64,000 nucleotides of DNA, taken from NCBI GenBank assembly GCA_964536865.1, contig CAZHYN010000003.1, forward strand, positions 9,822 through 73,821, in the 5' to 3' direction. Below, one piece after another: positions 49,506 through 60,623 of this stretch. Both the position numbers and the translations under genes were made by a program. Position 1 is the stretch's first letter. The number at the start of each line of letters is the position of its first letter. The DNA is from an uncultured Planctomycetia bacterium. Lineage in GTDB: Bacteria > Omnitrophota > Gorgyraeia > Duberdicusellales > 4484-171. A model generated the notes under the pieces. It saw only the letters and a program-made list of their open reading frames with translations, searched no databases and had not been told where the DNA came from.

Positions 49506-50678
49506 TCAAATCCTAGTTAAAAATTCTTTAATGCGCTGTGCTCCTTTTAGTATATTTTCTTCATTAGTAGAAAAACTCACTCTTATATACCCCTCTCTTC
49601 CAAAGCCTATAGAAGGTATAACTGCTACGAGATATTTATTTAAGAGTTCAGAAGAGAAATCCAAACTACTAAGATTAGTATCTTTTATGCTACAAAATAG
49701 ATAAAAAGTACCTTGAGGTTTTATCAGCTTCAATTTAGGACACTCTAAGAATTTCTCATAGATTAAATCTCTTCTTTTTTGAAAAGTATCCTTTACAAAG
49801 TTATACCAATCTCTATTATTTTCTAACGCCTTAATAGCAGCTATTTGAGCTAAACTATTAGGACAAGAAGTAGTATGGTCTACTATTTTAGAAGCTTCTT
49901 CCACAATTTTTTTGGGAGCGACCATAAAACCTATTCGCCATCCAGTCATAGAAAAGCTCTTAGAAAATCCATTTATGGTTATTGTTTTATCTCTTAACCC
50001 ATCTAGAGAAGCAAAACTAGTGTGGATGAGATTATCAAAAAGTATCTTTTCGTATATTTCATCACTTAATACAAAAAGAGGCGAATTTCCTATTACTTGT
50101 GCTATTTCTTCTAATTCCTCTTTAGTATAAGTTATCCCTGTAGGATTGTTAGGATAATTTAAAATTAAAATTTTAGTCTTGGAAGTAATAAGTGCTTTTA
50201 ATTTCTTAGGATTTATCTTGAAATTTTCTTCTTCTTGCGTAGATAATATCTTTACCTTTCCTCCAGCAAGTTTAACCATTTCAGGATAGCTTACCCAATA
50301 GGGAGAAGGAATAATTACTTCTTCTTGAGGATTTAGAAGAGTAAGAAGAGAAATAAATATAGCGAATTTTGCTCCTGCAGTTACAATTATGTTCTCTTCG
50401 TTACAGGGAAATCCGTTTTCTTCGTTTATTTTCTTGGCGATAGCCTTTTTCAGTGAGAGTAGTCCTGTAGAGGGAGTATACTTAGTCGCTCCCTCCTCTA
50501 AGGCTTTTTTTGCTGCTTCTTTTATAAATTCTGGTGTGTCAAGATCTGGTTCTCCTCCAGCAAAGTTTACTACGTCTTTACCTTCTTTTTTTAGTTTTTT
50601 AGCCAATGACGTGAGAGTTAAAGTGGGAGATTTATTTACTAATGGGAGATAACGGTTTATTACCTTTCCCCAATCCAT
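49506..50678 (-). CDS. class I/II pyridoxal-phosphate aminotransferase (AspC-like)
   Basis: NFAGGEPD...; SKSFSMTGWRIGF (PLP lysine region). Confidence 0.8.
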   Translation of the reverse strand: MDWGKVINRYLPLVNKSPTLTLTSLAKKLKKEGKDVVNFAGGEPDLDTPEFIKEAAKKALEEGATKYTPSTGLLSLKKAIAKKINEENGFPCNEENIIVTAGAKFAIFISLLTLLNPQEEVIIPSPYWVSYPEMVKLAGGKVKILSTQEEENFKINPKKLKALITSKTKILILNYPNNPTGITYTKEELEEIAQVIGNSPLFVLSDEIYEKILFDNLIHTSFASLDGLRDKTITINGFSKSFSMTGWRIGFMVAPKKIVEEASKIVDHTTSCPNSLAQIAAIKALENNRDWYNFVKDTFQKRRDLIYEKFLECPKLKLIKPQGTFYLFCSIKDTNLSSLDFSSELLNKYLVAVIPSIGFGREGYIRVSFSTNEENILKGAQRIKEFLTRI

Positions 50679-50691
50679 TATAAAACCAAAC

Positions 50692-51207
50692 TTACAGAGA
50701 ATCTCTTTCTTTCTTAAAAATTGATCTTACTCCTTTGATAAAACTTCTTCTAGGTTTTTCTTCTTTTTTAGGAGGGTGTAATTCCGATTTCTCTGGTTTT
50801 TCTGTAGGAGTTTTTTCTCTCTTTTCTCTCTTTTTTTTCTTCATCTTTTTCTCTCTATGAGTCAATTCTATTAGAGATAGTTTTGCGCCATCACCTTTTC
50901 GAGAAGTTATATCTATTATTCGACTATATCCACCATTTATATCTTTAAAGCGAGGGGCAATCTCTGTAAAAAGTCTCTTTACTAATTTATGGTCTTCTAA
51001 TATCCTGTAAGCTAAACGACGATTATGGAGAGTGTCAACCTTACCCCACTCAATTAATTTATCTATCCAGCCTCTTATTACTTTTGCCTTTGATTTGGTA
51101 GTTCTTATTGCTTCCCAAATAATCAAAGATCTAACTAGATTCTTTATTAAAGCCTTTCTTTGAGCTCGGGAACGAGACAATTTTTTAGTTTTTTTTCTGT
51201 GTCTCAT
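50692..51207 (-). CDS. rplQ: 50S ribosomal protein L17 with a long lysine-rich C-terminal extension
   Basis: N-terminus MRHRKKTKKLSRSRAQRKALIKNLVRSL; 171 aa against the usual 120-130. Confidence 0.85.
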   Translation of the reverse strand: MRHRKKTKKLSRSRAQRKALIKNLVRSLIIWEAIRTTKSKAKVIRGWIDKLIEWGKVDTLHNRRLAYRILEDHKLVKRLFTEIAPRFKDINGGYSRIIDITSRKGDGAKLSLIELTHREKKMKKKKREKREKTPTEKPEKSELHPPKKEEKPRRSFIKGVRSIFKKERDSL

Positions 51208-52190
51208 ATCATTTGGAGTTTTTTTCTGTCGATTTTCATCCCTAAGGAGAGCCCCATACTCTTCAGAAGATTCACTATCTCATTTAGTGATTTTTTTCCA
51301 AAATTCCTATAAGAAAGCATTTCTGCTTCTGTTTTTTCCACAAGATCTGCCAGAATCCTTATATTCGCTTCCCTTAAACAATTAGCGCTTCGTACTGAAA
51401 GTTCAAGTTCAGAGACAGGAATTTTGAGTTTTTCATATAAAGAAATTTCTTCGGGAGTGAGTTCCTCTACTTCTTCTTCGGGGATTTCTCCCAAAGTAAA
51501 GAATAACTCCAGATGTTTACTTAGAACTTTAGAGGCATAAATTAAAGCTTCTTTTGGTTCTATGCTTCCATTTGTCCATATTTCTAATATCAGTTTATCA
51601 TAATCAGTCCTCTTCCCCACTCTGGCATTTTCTACTTTAAAATTTACTTTTTTTATCGGAGTGAATATAGAGTCAATGGGGATAGTCCCTATAGGCATAT
51701 CCTCACGCTTATTCATCTCTGCAGGAACAAATCCCCTACCTCTACCAACTTCCATCTCTATTTGAAGATTAGCATCTTTAGAAGTTAAAGTAGCAATATG
51801 GGAATCAGGATTAATCACTTCTATACTCTCATCAGTTATAATATCACCAGCTTTTACCTCTTTTTCTCCCGAAGCTTTTATATATATTTTTCTAGATCCT
51901 TTAGAATAAGATCTTAGCACAACATTTTTTACGTTGAGCACAATTTGAGGTACATCCTCTTTTACGCCTTTTATAGTAGAGAATTCATGAGGTACTCCTT
52001 CTACTTTTATCGCTGTGATAGCTGCTCCTTCAATAGAAGAAAGGAGAGCTCTTCTTAGGGAGTTTCCTAAAGTTACCCCATAACCTCTCTCTAGAGGTTC
52101 AGCAATAAATTTTCCATAGTAAGGAGTATAGGATCCTTCTTCAATAATTATCCTTTTAGGAAATTGGAAGTCTCTCCAGCTTATACCCAT
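51204..52190 (-). CDS. rpoA: DNA-directed RNA polymerase alpha subunit
   Basis: 328 aa with the canonical NTD/CTD organisation; position after rpsD. Confidence 0.9.
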   Translation of the reverse strand: MGISWRDFQFPKRIIIEEGSYTPYYGKFIAEPLERGYGVTLGNSLRRALLSSIEGAAITAIKVEGVPHEFSTIKGVKEDVPQIVLNVKNVVLRSYSKGSRKIYIKASGEKEVKAGDIITDESIEVINPDSHIATLTSKDANLQIEMEVGRGRGFVPAEMNKREDMPIGTIPIDSIFTPIKKVNFKVENARVGKRTDYDKLILEIWTNGSIEPKEALIYASKVLSKHLELFFTLGEIPEEEVEELTPEEISLYEKLKIPVSELELSVRSANCLREANIRILADLVEKTEAEMLSYRNFGKKSLNEIVNLLKSMGLSLGMKIDRKKLQMI

Positions 52191-52212
52191 TTTTTTGACC
52201 TCCTATCTTTTA

Positions 52213-52842
52213 TTACTTCGAATATAATTCAACAATTAACTGTTCACTTATAGGAATAGTCAAGTCCTCTTTTTCAGGTAGTCTTTTTATTTTTAATTTC
52301 AAGTTCTCCTTATCTACATCTATCCAAGTGGGTATACTTCTTTCTTTAGAGTTTATCTCTATATTTTCTTTTATTCTTTTTATCACACTTTCTTTAGCTT
52401 TTATTTTAATTTCTTCTCCCTCTTTAGTAATATAAGAAGGGATATTTACTCTTTTCTCTCCGACAAAAACAAAACCATGTTTTACTATCTGACGAGCTTC
52501 GTTTCTAGAAAGAGCAAATAATGCTCGATAAATGAGGTTATCTAACCTCCGTTCCAAAAGTTGAATGAGCTTTCTACCAGTAACTTCTTTAGATTTAACA
52601 GCTAACCTAAAAAAGCGTTTAAATTGCTTTTCTAGTATTCCATATATTCTTTTTACTTTTTGTTTTTCCCTCAACTGAAGACCATAATAAGATTGTTTTG
52701 TTTGTTTCTTTCCATGGATACCTGGAGGATAAGTTCTTCGAGAAAGGGGACATTTTTCTGTGGTACATTTGGATCCTTTTAAAAAAAGCTTTGTTCGTTC
52801 TCTTCTACACAGTTTACATTTAGGCCCTAAGTATCTTCCCAT
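52213..52842 (-). CDS. rpsD: 30S ribosomal protein S4
   Basis: MGRYLGPKCKLCRRE... Confidence 0.9.
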   Translation of the reverse strand: MGRYLGPKCKLCRRERTKLFLKGSKCTTEKCPLSRRTYPPGIHGKKQTKQSYYGLQLREKQKVKRIYGILEKQFKRFFRLAVKSKEVTGRKLIQLLERRLDNLIYRALFALSRNEARQIVKHGFVFVGEKRVNIPSYITKEGEEIKIKAKESVIKRIKENIEINSKERSIPTWIDVDKENLKLKIKRLPEKEDLTIPISEQLIVELYSK

Positions 52843-52856
52843 ATTTTACTCCTTAT

Positions 52857-53249
52857 TTACACTCTTCTCTTCTTTCTTGGTCGACACCCGTTATGAGGAG
52901 TCGGAGTTACATCTTTAACCCTCTTTACATTAAGACCTGCACTCTGTAAGGATCTAATAGCTGCTTCTCTCCCTGGACCTGGACCTTTTACGAAGACCTC
53001 AACATCACTTAATCCCATTTCTTTAACTCGTTTAGCTACATCTAAAGCAGCTAATTGAGCAGCATAGGGAGTGGATTTTTTTGTTCCCTTAAACCCGATA
53101 GTTCCTCCTGATGACCATCCAATAACGTTGCCATTTGTATCTGTGACAGTAATGATAGTGTTATTAAATGTAGCTTTTATATGCACCATCCCTATAGGAG
53201 AAGTTAGATGTATTTTCTTCTTTTTTTCTCTTCTTCTTTTTTTAACCAA
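52857..53249 (-). CDS. rpsK: 30S ribosomal protein S11
   Basis: Conserved S11 core (...[16 protein letters not shown]...). Confidence 0.9.
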   Translation of the reverse strand: MVKKRRREKKKKIHLTSPIGMVHIKATFNNTIITVTDTNGNVIGWSSGGTIGFKGTKKSTPYAAQLAALDVAKRVKEMGLSDVEVFVKGPGPGREAAIRSLQSAGLNVKRVKDVTPTPHNGCRPRKKRRV

Positions 53250-53269
53250 ATTACCCCCTTTCTTTTTAT

Positions 53270-53644
53270 CTAACTTTTCTTCTTTATACCTCCTACACGA
53301 GGCCTGGGGCCTTTTCTCGTTCGGGCATTACAACGAGTACGTTGTCCTCTTACAGGAAGATGTTTTTTATGTCTTATTCCTCGATAGCAACCTATATCCG
53401 CCAATCTTCTAATATTCTGGGTTGTTTCTCTTCGTAATTCCCCTTCTACTTTATAATTTGCTTGGATAAATGAAGCAATTTTAGATATTTCTTCGTCACT
53501 AAGTTGTGAAGCCTTTTTCTCTGGATCCACTCCTGTATTCTTTAATACTTCTAAAGCATTACTAGGACCTATTCCATAAATGTAACGAAGAGCTATCTTT
53601 AATTTTTTCTCCTTAGGGATATCTACACCTAAAATTCTTGGCAT
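53270..53644 (-). CDS. rpsM: 30S ribosomal protein S13
   Basis: [14 protein letters not shown]... Confidence 0.9.
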   Translation of the reverse strand: MPRILGVDIPKEKKLKIALRYIYGIGPSNALEVLKNTGVDPEKKASQLSDEEISKIASFIQANYKVEGELRRETTQNIRRLADIGCYRGIRHKKHLPVRGQRTRCNARTRKGPRPRVGGIKKKS

Positions 53645-53662
53645 TTTTTCTCCTTTTGCTTA

Positions 53663-53776
53663 TCAACCCTGTCTCTGTTTGTGTTTGGGATTCCTACAAA
53701 TAACTCTTATTACACCTTTCCTCTTTATTATTCTACATTTGTCACAAATCTTTTTTACAGAAGATTTAACTTTCAT
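53663..53776 (-). CDS. rpmJ: 50S ribosomal protein L36 (not in the ORF track)
   Basis: Reverse complement reads [37 protein letters not shown]. Confidence 0.85.
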   Translation of the reverse strand: MKVKSSVKKICDKCRIIKRKGVIRVICRNPKHKQRQG

Positions 53777-53778
53777 GA

Positions 53779-53997
53779 TTACTTGTATCGATAAGTTATT
53801 CTTCCTCGAGTTAAATCATAAGGAGAGAGTTCCACTTTAACTCTATCCCCAGGAAGAATTTTTATAAAATGCATTCGCATCTTTCCACTCACATGAGCTA
53901 GAACCAGATGTCCATTGTCTAATTTCACCCTAAACATAGCATTAGGGAGAGTCTCTACGATTTCTCCTTCAACCTCGATTAATTCCTCTTTACCCAT
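53779..53997 (-). CDS. infA: translation initiation factor IF-1
   Basis: 72-aa S1-like OB fold; ...[25 protein letters not shown]... Confidence 0.9.
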   Translation of the reverse strand: MGKEELIEVEGEIVETLPNAMFRVKLDNGHLVLAHVSGKMRMHFIKILPGDRVKVELSPYDLTRGRITYRYK

Positions 53998-54001
53998 CTT
54001 A

Positions 54002-54748
54002 CTACGTAAGAATCCAAGGACCTCTTTTAGTTACTGCTACTGTATGTTCAAAATGTGAACTTAAAGAGTTATCTTTAGTTTTAGCTGTCCACCCATCTTT
54101 TAAAAATTCTATATAGTAATTTCCCGCGGCTATCATTGGTTCAATAGCTAAAACCATTCCTTCAATAAGGGTTTCTCCCGTATTTTCTTCCCCAAAATTA
54201 GGCACTTCTGGAGGAAGATGAAGTTCCCTTCCTATTCCATGACCTACAAAACTTCTTATTACCGAAAATCCCTCTCTTTCTACGTATCTCTGAATAGCAT
54301 AACTTATGTCCCCTACTTTTCTTCCTATCTTAATTCTTTTTATTCCTTCCATTAATGCATTTTTGCATACTTTTACCAATTTCTTCGCTAAAGATGAAGT
54401 TTTACCTACCAGGTAAGTGAAAGCAGTATCTACAAATAAACCATTATACTTTATCCCTAGATCCACACTTACTAAATCGCCCTCTTTTATTGTCTTTTCT
54501 TTCGAAGGTATTCCATGAATTATTTCTTCGTTCACTGAGACACATAAAGAAGCAGGATACCCTTTATAATTTTTAAATGCTGACTCCATTCCAGGATGCT
54601 TACTAATTTCTTTCTCGAAAAAAATTTCTATATCTTTAGTAGTAATCCCAGGTTTTATAATCCATTTCATCTTCTTAATGATTTCGCCTGCTACTTTTCC
54701 TGCGTAAGAAGCAACTTTTAATTCCTGATAAGAAAGAATATTATCCAT
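54002..54748 (-). CDS. map: methionine aminopeptidase type I
   Basis: 248-aa pita-bread fold with metal ligands. Confidence 0.9.
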   Translation of the reverse strand: MDNILSYQELKVASYAGKVAGEIIKKMKWIIKPGITTKDIEIFFEKEISKHPGMESAFKNYKGYPASLCVSVNEEIIHGIPSKEKTIKEGDLVSVDLGIKYNGLFVDTAFTYLVGKTSSLAKKLVKVCKNALMEGIKRIKIGRKVGDISYAIQRYVEREGFSVIRSFVGHGIGRELHLPPEVPNFGEENTGETLIEGMVLAIEPMIAAGNYYIEFLKDGWTAKTKDNSLSSHFEHTVAVTKRGPWILT

Positions 54749-55376
54749 GATTTATTTTTTTTAATATTTCTTGAAATACTTCTTCTGCATTTCGATTAGC
54801 ATCTACTATGATCAGTCTATTTTTCTCTTTATAGAAGTTCATTAAAGGAGTACTCTCTCTCTGAAATACAGACCATCGATTTTTAATTACCTCAGGCTCA
54901 TCATCTTTCCTTTGGACCAACATTCCTCCGCAGATATCACAGATTCCTTCCTTTTTAGGAGGCATGTTTTCTATATGATAATTAGCTCCACAATCTTTAC
55001 ATATTCTTCTTCCTGAAAGTCTTTTTATAGCAGTTTCCTGACTGACCTCCAAATAAATAGCTTTATCCAAAGAAAGATTCTTTTTACTCAAGATATTATC
55101 TAAGTCCTTAGCTTGATTGGTGTTTCGAGGATATCCATCGATCACAAAATCTTCTCTATCAATATTCTCTTCAACTACCATAGAAACAATTTCATCAGGA
55201 ACTAGTAATCCTTTATACATATACTCTTTTACTTTCTCTCCCAAATAAGTACTCTTTTTAACTTCTTCTCGGAGGATATCTCCTAAGGAAATTCTTTTAA
55301 TATTAAGCTTCTCACTAATAGTTTTTGCTTGGGTTCCTTTTCCTGAGCCCGGTGCTCCTAACAAAATTAGCCTCAT
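54741..55376 (-). CDS. adk: adenylate kinase (zinc-lid type)
   Basis: GAPGSGKGTQ plus a CxxC...CxxC lid. Confidence 0.9.
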   Translation of the reverse strand: MRLILLGAPGSGKGTQAKTISEKLNIKRISLGDILREEVKKSTYLGEKVKEYMYKGLLVPDEIVSMVVEENIDREDFVIDGYPRNTNQAKDLDNILSKKNLSLDKAIYLEVSQETAIKRLSGRRICKDCGANYHIENMPPKKEGICDICGGMLVQRKDDEPEVIKNRWSVFQRESTPLMNFYKEKNRLIIVDANRNAEEVFQEILKKINHG

Positions 55377-56728
55377 CTCCTTCCCCTCAACTCTTTCCCT
55401 TTTATAAATCCTTCATAGTATCGGATAAGAAGTTGTCCTTCTATCTGGCGCATAGTATCTAAGATTACTCCTACCATAATCAATATAGTTGTTCCTCCAA
55501 AGAAGGAAGCTATAGCATAAGAGGGAATATTAAATAACTTCATAATAATACCAGGAAGAATCGCTATTATCGCTACATAAATCGCTCCTACAAAGACAAT
55601 CCTTGTAGCTACATAATCTAGATATTCCGCAGTTTGCCTTCCTGGTCTTATTCCAGGGATAAATCCTCCGTATTTCTTTAAATTATTAGCTATCTCCTGG
55701 GGATTAAATACTATCGCAGTATAAAAATACATAAAGAATAAGATGAGTGCTACATAAATCAAGTTATACCAAAGTCCTCCTTGTCTGAAGATGGTTTGGA
55801 AGAATGTGGCTAACTTCGTGCTTTTAGGAAAAAAAGTAGCCACAGTTCCTGGGAAAAGGATTACGCTTTGAGCAAAAATAATAGCAATTACTCCTGCCAT
55901 ATCTACCCTTATAGGGAGATAAGTACTTTGGCCACCATATACTCTTCTTCCAATGATTCTTTTCCCATACTGGATAGGAATTCTTCTTTGAGCTTGGGTA
56001 AAAAGTACTACTGCTAGTACTACTAAAAACCATAGGACTATAAGGCTAGCAACAGTAACTGTGCTAATTTGTCGCTTGCTAGGATCCAAAGGAGAGTAAA
56101 GCATCCATAGTTGATAGAGTGCAGAGGGGATCCGAGAGATAATACTTGTAGTAATAATTAGAGAAATTCCGTTGCCTATCCCTCTTTCTTGAATCTGTTC
56201 TCCTAACCACATAATAAATACTGTTCCGCAAGTAAGGGTAAATACTGTAACGAATCTAAACAAAGCTCCAGGGTTAGGAACAATCACTACCCCTCTAAAG
56301 TTTTGAGGATTTTCTAACCACAGCGCCAACATAAACCCTTGGATTAGACAGATAAATAAGGTTAAGTATCTAGTATACTGATTTATCTTTTCATACCCTG
56401 CTCTCCCCTCCCTTGCTATATTTTCCAAGGCAGGAATAATCCCTGTTAGGAGTTGCATAATAATAGATGCAGAGATATAGGGCATTATTCCTAAGGCAAA
56501 AATACTCAAACGCCTTAAGGCTCCTCCTGTGAAAAGGTTAATTATTCCTAGGATTGTTTGCCCTTGGATTTTAGAGAGTTGCTCAAAAAAATTAGATAGA
56601 GCTTGACTATCTATCCCAGGAGTAGGAATGAAACATCCTATTCGATAGACAATTAAAAGAGAAAGAGTAACAATTACTTTCTTCCTTAGTTCTTCTACTC
56701 TGAATATATTACTCAGTTTAGTAAACAT
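55373..56728 (-). CDS. secY: preprotein translocase subunit SecY
   Basis: 451 aa, 10 TM helices, SecY signature. Confidence 0.9.
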   Translation of the reverse strand: MFTKLSNIFRVEELRKKVIVTLSLLIVYRIGCFIPTPGIDSQALSNFFEQLSKIQGQTILGIINLFTGGALRRLSIFALGIMPYISASIIMQLLTGIIPALENIAREGRAGYEKINQYTRYLTLFICLIQGFMLALWLENPQNFRGVVIVPNPGALFRFVTVFTLTCGTVFIMWLGEQIQERGIGNGISLIITTSIISRIPSALYQLWMLYSPLDPSKRQISTVTVASLIVLWFLVVLAVVLFTQAQRRIPIQYGKRIIGRRVYGGQSTYLPIRVDMAGVIAIIFAQSVILFPGTVATFFPKSTKLATFFQTIFRQGGLWYNLIYVALILFFMYFYTAIVFNPQEIANNLKKYGGFIPGIRPGRQTAEYLDYVATRIVFVGAIYVAIIAILPGIIMKLFNIPSYAIASFFGGTTILIMVGVILDTMRQIEGQLLIRYYEGFIKGKELRGRR

Positions 56729-56731
56729 AGT

Positions 56732-57184
56732 TTATTCGGGTAGATACTCTATCCTGCCTCCTCCCTTTTCTATGATTTCTTTAGCTTTTTTAGAAAATTT
56801 CTGAGCTTTGAATACACTATCTAGTGAAAATTTTTCTTCAACCTTGGCTAAAATTTTTACAGGCTTTTTCTCCTCTTTTATGAGATTTACTTCCTTCAAT
56901 TCTTTTGGAGTTATCTCTTTTTTATCCTTTATTCTTTTCACTATATCTTTTAAGTTAACAATTTGATACTCCTTAGGTCTTTTAGAGTTAAAGCCCCGTT
57001 TAGGTATTTTCCGCAAGTAAGGAACGTTGCCTCCTCCAAATCCAATATAGTACATTCTTCCCTTACGTTGACCTGTGCCTTTATGCCCTCGGGTACTGGT
57101 CTTTCCATGACCAGAACCAGGACCCCTTCCTACTCTTTTAGGTTTCTTATGCTTCTTGTTGGGTCGAAGTTGAGATATATCCAT
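56732..57184 (-). CDS. rplO: 50S ribosomal protein L15
   Basis: ...[18 protein letters not shown]... Confidence 0.85.
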   Translation of the reverse strand: MDISQLRPNKKHKKPKRVGRGPGSGHGKTSTRGHKGTGQRKGRMYYIGFGGGNVPYLRKIPKRGFNSKRPKEYQIVNLKDIVKRIKDKKEITPKELKEVNLIKEEKKPVKILAKVEEKFSLDSVFKAQKFSKKAKEIIEKGGGRIEYLPE

Positions 57185-57653
57185 CTTCTCCCTTCTTAAG
57201 GTTACTTAAAGCAGAGAATGTAGCCTTTACTACATTTATGGGGTTAGTAGATTTCTTTAAAATCTTAGTTAAGATATCTTTTATCCCTGCACATTCACAA
57301 ATAGCTCTAATAACTCCTCCAGCAATTACCCCTGTCCCTCTCCCTGCCGGTTTAAGAAAAACCTCTACTGCACCAAATTCTCCTTTCACTTGATGAGGGA
57401 TAGTTGTATCCTTTTTAGGTATTTCTATGAGATTCTTTTTTGCCTTCTTTATTCCTTTTCTTATAGCATCAGCTACTTCATTTGCCTTACCTAAAGCATA
57501 GCCTACTTTATTTTTCCCATCCCCTACCACCACTAGAGCAGAGAAGCCTAAATTCTTCCCGCCTTTAGTAACTTTAGTTACTCGATTTATAAAGATGACC
57601 CTTTCGATAAATACCTCTTCTTGATCTTTTATAGTTATCTCTTCTTGTTCCAT
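57147..57653 (-). CDS. rpsE: 30S ribosomal protein S5
   Basis: ...[22 protein letters not shown]... Its 3' end overlaps rplO by 38 nt, and no L30 gene lies between them. Confidence 0.85.
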   Translation of the reverse strand: MEQEEITIKDQEEVFIERVIFINRVTKVTKGGKNLGFSALVVVGDGKNKVGYALGKANEVADAIRKGIKKAKKNLIEIPKKDTTIPHQVKGEFGAVEVFLKPAGRGTGVIAGGVIRAICECAGIKDILTKILKKSTNPINVVKATFSALSNLKKGEDGYISTSTQQEA

Positions 57654-57654
57654 C

Positions 57655-58008
57655 TTAGAATTCTATTCCCTCTTCTCTTAATCCTTCGGCCAAAGCTTTT
57701 ACTTTTCCATGGTATTTAAACCCTGCTCTATCAAAAGAAATCTTATTTATCCCTAGATTAGCAAGCTTTTTTGCAAGTATCTTACCTACTTCTTTTGCTG
57801 CTTCTTTTGTGCCAGATTTTATTTTATTTTCTTTAAACTCTTTACTTAAAGTAGAACATCCTGTAATTACTTTCTGTTCTTCATCGTTAACCAACTGAGC
57901 ATAAATATGTTTGTTACTCCTAAATACTACTACTCTTGGTCTCTCGTGTGTACCTTTTATCTTTTTTCTAATTCTTCGATGTCTTCTTTCTCTTCCAACT
58001 AGTTTCAT
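57655..58008 (-). CDS. rplR: 50S ribosomal protein L18
   Basis: Conserved spc-operon position; basic N-terminus. Confidence 0.85.
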   Translation of the reverse strand: MKLVGRERRHRRIRKKIKGTHERPRVVVFRSNKHIYAQLVNDEEQKVITGCSTLSKEFKENKIKSGTKEAAKEVGKILAKKLANLGINKISFDRAGFKYHGKVKALAEGLREEGIEF

Positions 58009-58544
58009 TTTGCCATTGCTTTACCTAATTTTTTTCTCACTACTTCCTGAGCGTATCTGATTCCTTTTCCTTTATAAGGTTCGGGAGGATAAATAGCTCT
58101 CAGTTGAGCAGCGAATTGACCTACTCTTTGTTTATCTATCCCTTCAATAGTGATCTTATTTGCTCCTCCTAAAGTAACTTTTAAATCTTCAGGAATTGGT
58201 ATTTCTACAGAGTGAGAGAAACCTAATTGAAGAATTAAATTAGTCCCTTTTAACTGTACTTTGTAACCCATACCCACAATCTCTAATTCTTTTTTAAATC
58301 CCTCAGTAACCCCTATTACCATATTATTAATTAAAGCTCTGAATGTGCCATGAAGACTTTTGGTCTTTTTATCTTCCCCTGCCCTCTTTACAATGATTTC
58401 CTTTTCTCTGATTTCTACGCTTATAGGAGAAGGTAATTTTAAAGAAAGGTTACCTTTTGGACCACTTACAGATACACTTCTATCTTTAAGTTCTACATTT
58501 ACTTTCTCTGGAATAAGTATAGGTTTTCTTCCTATCCTAGACAT
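58005..58544 (-). CDS. rplF: 50S ribosomal protein L6
   Basis: MSRIGRKPILIP... Confidence 0.9.
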   Translation of the reverse strand: MSRIGRKPILIPEKVNVELKDRSVSVSGPKGNLSLKLPSPISVEIREKEIIVKRAGEDKKTKSLHGTFRALINNMVIGVTEGFKKELEIVGMGYKVQLKGTNLILQLGFSHSVEIPIPEDLKVTLGGANKITIEGIDKQRVGQFAAQLRAIYPPEPYKGKGIRYAQEVVRKKLGKAMAK

Positions 58545-58547
58545 AAT

Positions 58548-58943
58548 TCACCATACATACCCAATAACTTCCCCCCCTATCCCTTCTTTTCTTGCTTCTT
58601 TATCGGTAAGAACCCCTTTGGAAGTAGAAATTATCGCTATACCATAACCTTGAAGAATGTGGGGGATATTTTTTCTCTTAGTATAGATTCTTCTTCCTGG
58701 TTTAGAGATACGTTGGATATCGTTTATAGCACTTTTTTTTCCATCATACTTAAGATAAACCTTTATCATTTTTCGGGGGGGTACATCCATTTCTTTGAAG
58801 TTTTCTATATATCTTTCGTTTTTTAAAATTTCTATTATTTTTAATAAAGTTTTAGAGTAAGGAATTATTACCTCTTCTTTTTTTGCTCTTATACCATTCC
58901 TTATTATTGTAAAGGCATCAGCTAAAAGGTCAGTTCTACTCAT
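58548..58943 (-). CDS. rpsH: 30S ribosomal protein S8
   Basis: Ends ...GGEVIGYVW. Confidence 0.9.
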   Translation of the reverse strand: MSRTDLLADAFTIIRNGIRAKKEEVIIPYSKTLLKIIEILKNERYIENFKEMDVPPRKMIKVYLKYDGKKSAINDIQRISKPGRRIYTKRKNIPHILQGYGIAIISTSKGVLTDKEARKEGIGGEVIGYVW

Positions 58944-58944
58944 C

Positions 58945-59139
58945 TTACCAACTCGCTTTTTTTACTCCAGGAATTAATCCTTGCCAAGCAAGTTGACGAA
59001 AACATATTCTGCAGAGCTCAAAGTCTCTTATATATCCTCGAGGTCTTCCACAGAGCCTGCAGCGATTTCTCCTGCGTGTAGAGTACTTAGCTTTTATTTT
59101 TTCTCTTTTCCACTTTTCAATTTTCGCTTTAGTTGCCAT
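58945..59139 (-). CDS. rpsZ: 30S ribosomal protein S14 type Z (zinc-binding)
   Basis: 64 aa with CRLCGR...CRIC. Confidence 0.85.
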   Translation of the reverse strand: MATKAKIEKWKREKIKAKYSTRRRNRCRLCGRPRGYIRDFELCRICFRQLAWQGLIPGVKKASW

Positions 59140-59142
59140 CCT

Positions 59143-59721
59143 TCACCTCTTAAAAGGAAATCCTAATAATTTTAATAGAGTATACGCTTCCTCGTCATCC
59201 CTACTGGAAGTACATATAGTGATATTCATACCTTGAGTGCGCTCTACTTTATCTATATTTACTTCGGGGAATACTGTCTGTTCAGATAGACCAAAATTAT
59301 AGTTACCTTTACCATCAAAAGAGTGAGGAGAGAACCCTCTAAAGTCTTTTATTCGAGGAATAGCAGTAGTAATTAATCTGTCTAAGAATTCATACATCCT
59401 AGCTTTTCGTAAAGTAACACAACACCCTATAGCCATGCCCTTTTTTAATTTAAAATTAGAGATTGGCTTTCTTGCTCGAGTGATTTTTGGTCTTTGTCCA
59501 GTAATAAAAGCTAATTCTTCAGCAGCTTTTTCTACTAATTTAGGATCACCAGTAGCCTCTCCTATCCCCATATTTACTACAATTTTTAATAAACGAGGAA
59601 CTTGCATTCTATTTTTGTATTTAAACTCCTCCATCATTTTAGGAATAATCTCCTCTCGATAGATTTTTAAAAGCCGAGGAATATATTTTTCTTCTAAATC
59701 TCTTTCTGACACTTCTTGCAT
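59143..59721 (-). CDS. rplE: 50S ribosomal protein L5
   Basis: 192 aa; spc-operon order. Confidence 0.9.
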   Translation of the reverse strand: MQEVSERDLEEKYIPRLLKIYREEIIPKMMEEFKYKNRMQVPRLLKIVVNMGIGEATGDPKLVEKAAEELAFITGQRPKITRARKPISNFKLKKGMAIGCCVTLRKARMYEFLDRLITTAIPRIKDFRGFSPHSFDGKGNYNFGLSEQTVFPEVNIDKVERTQGMNITICTSSRDDEEAYTLLKLLGFPFKR

Positions 59722-60008
59722 ATTCTTACTTTAGTTTTATCTTCTAATATCTTAATTTCAAAACGAACTCCTCTGTTACAATAAGAACAAAAAAGAGCTA
59801 AGTTAGAAATATCTATAGGAGCGGGTATGTCTTTTATCCCATAAGGTTCATCTTCTCGACGGCGTCGCATATGTTTTTTTACTAAGTTTATTCCTTCAAC
59901 GATTGCTCTATGCTTGGAAGGAAATACTTTTAAGACTTTCCCGATCTTGCCTTTGTCTTTACCTGCTAAAACTACTACTTTATCTCCTCTCTTAATTCTT
60001 AGACTCAT
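59694..60008 (-). CDS. rplX: 50S ribosomal protein L24
   Basis: MSLRIKRGDKVVVLAGKDKGK... (KOW domain). Confidence 0.85.
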   Translation of the reverse strand: MSLRIKRGDKVVVLAGKDKGKIGKVLKVFPSKHRAIVEGINLVKKHMRRRREDEPYGIKDIPAPIDISNLALFCSYCNRGVRFEIKILEDKTKVRICKKCQKEI

Positions 60009-60009
60009 T

Positions 60010-60375
60010 TTATATTACCTCGGGAGCTAAAGATAAAATTTTAGAAAAATGTTCTCTTAATTCTCTAGCGATAGGACCGAAAACTCTTGTCCCTTTAGGA
60101 TTTCCCTGTTTATCAATAATAACACAAGCATTGTTATCAAATCTAATACATATTCCATCTTTTCTCTTTATAGGCGATTTGGTTCGTACTACCACAGCTC
60201 TTACTACCTCTCCTTTCTTGACTTGTGTGTCGGCACTAGCTTCTTTTACGCTAGCACTAATTACATCCCCCACCTCTGCGTATTTTTTATTTTTCTTACC
60301 TATAACGTTGATACAGGCTACTATTTTAGCTCCAGTGTTATCTGTAACAGTTAATCGGCTTCGTAAATAAATCAT
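60010..60375 (-). CDS. rplN: 50S ribosomal protein L14
   Basis: [17 protein letters not shown]... Confidence 0.9.
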   Translation of the reverse strand: MIYLRSRLTVTDNTGAKIVACINVIGKKNKKYAEVGDVISASVKEASADTQVKKGEVVRAVVVRTKSPIKRKDGICIRFDNNACVIIDKQGNPKGTRVFGPIARELREHFSKILSLAPEVI

Positions 60376-60623
60376 TTTATTACCTCAAGAAGAAAAAATC
60401 TTTTTTCCTTAGAATAGGGACGTGATTCAATTATTTTTACTTTATCTCCTTCCTTAGCTTCCTGTTTTGGATCGTGTGCTTTAATTTTCTTAATTTTTTT
60501 AATTGGTTTTTTATAAATGGGATGAGGAAATAACTTCTCTACTCTTACTACAATGGTCTTTTGCATTTTAGAAGAAACTACTATACCTTCTAATATTTTC
60601 TTTCTTGTTTTTATATTTTTCAT
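60372..60623 (-). CDS. rpsQ: 30S ribosomal protein S17
   Basis: 83 aa; order L29-S17-L14. Confidence 0.85.
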   Translation of the reverse strand: MKNIKTRKKILEGIVVSSKMQKTIVVRVEKLFPHPIYKKPIKKIKKIKAHDPKQEAKEGDKVKIIESRPYSKEKRFFLLEVIK

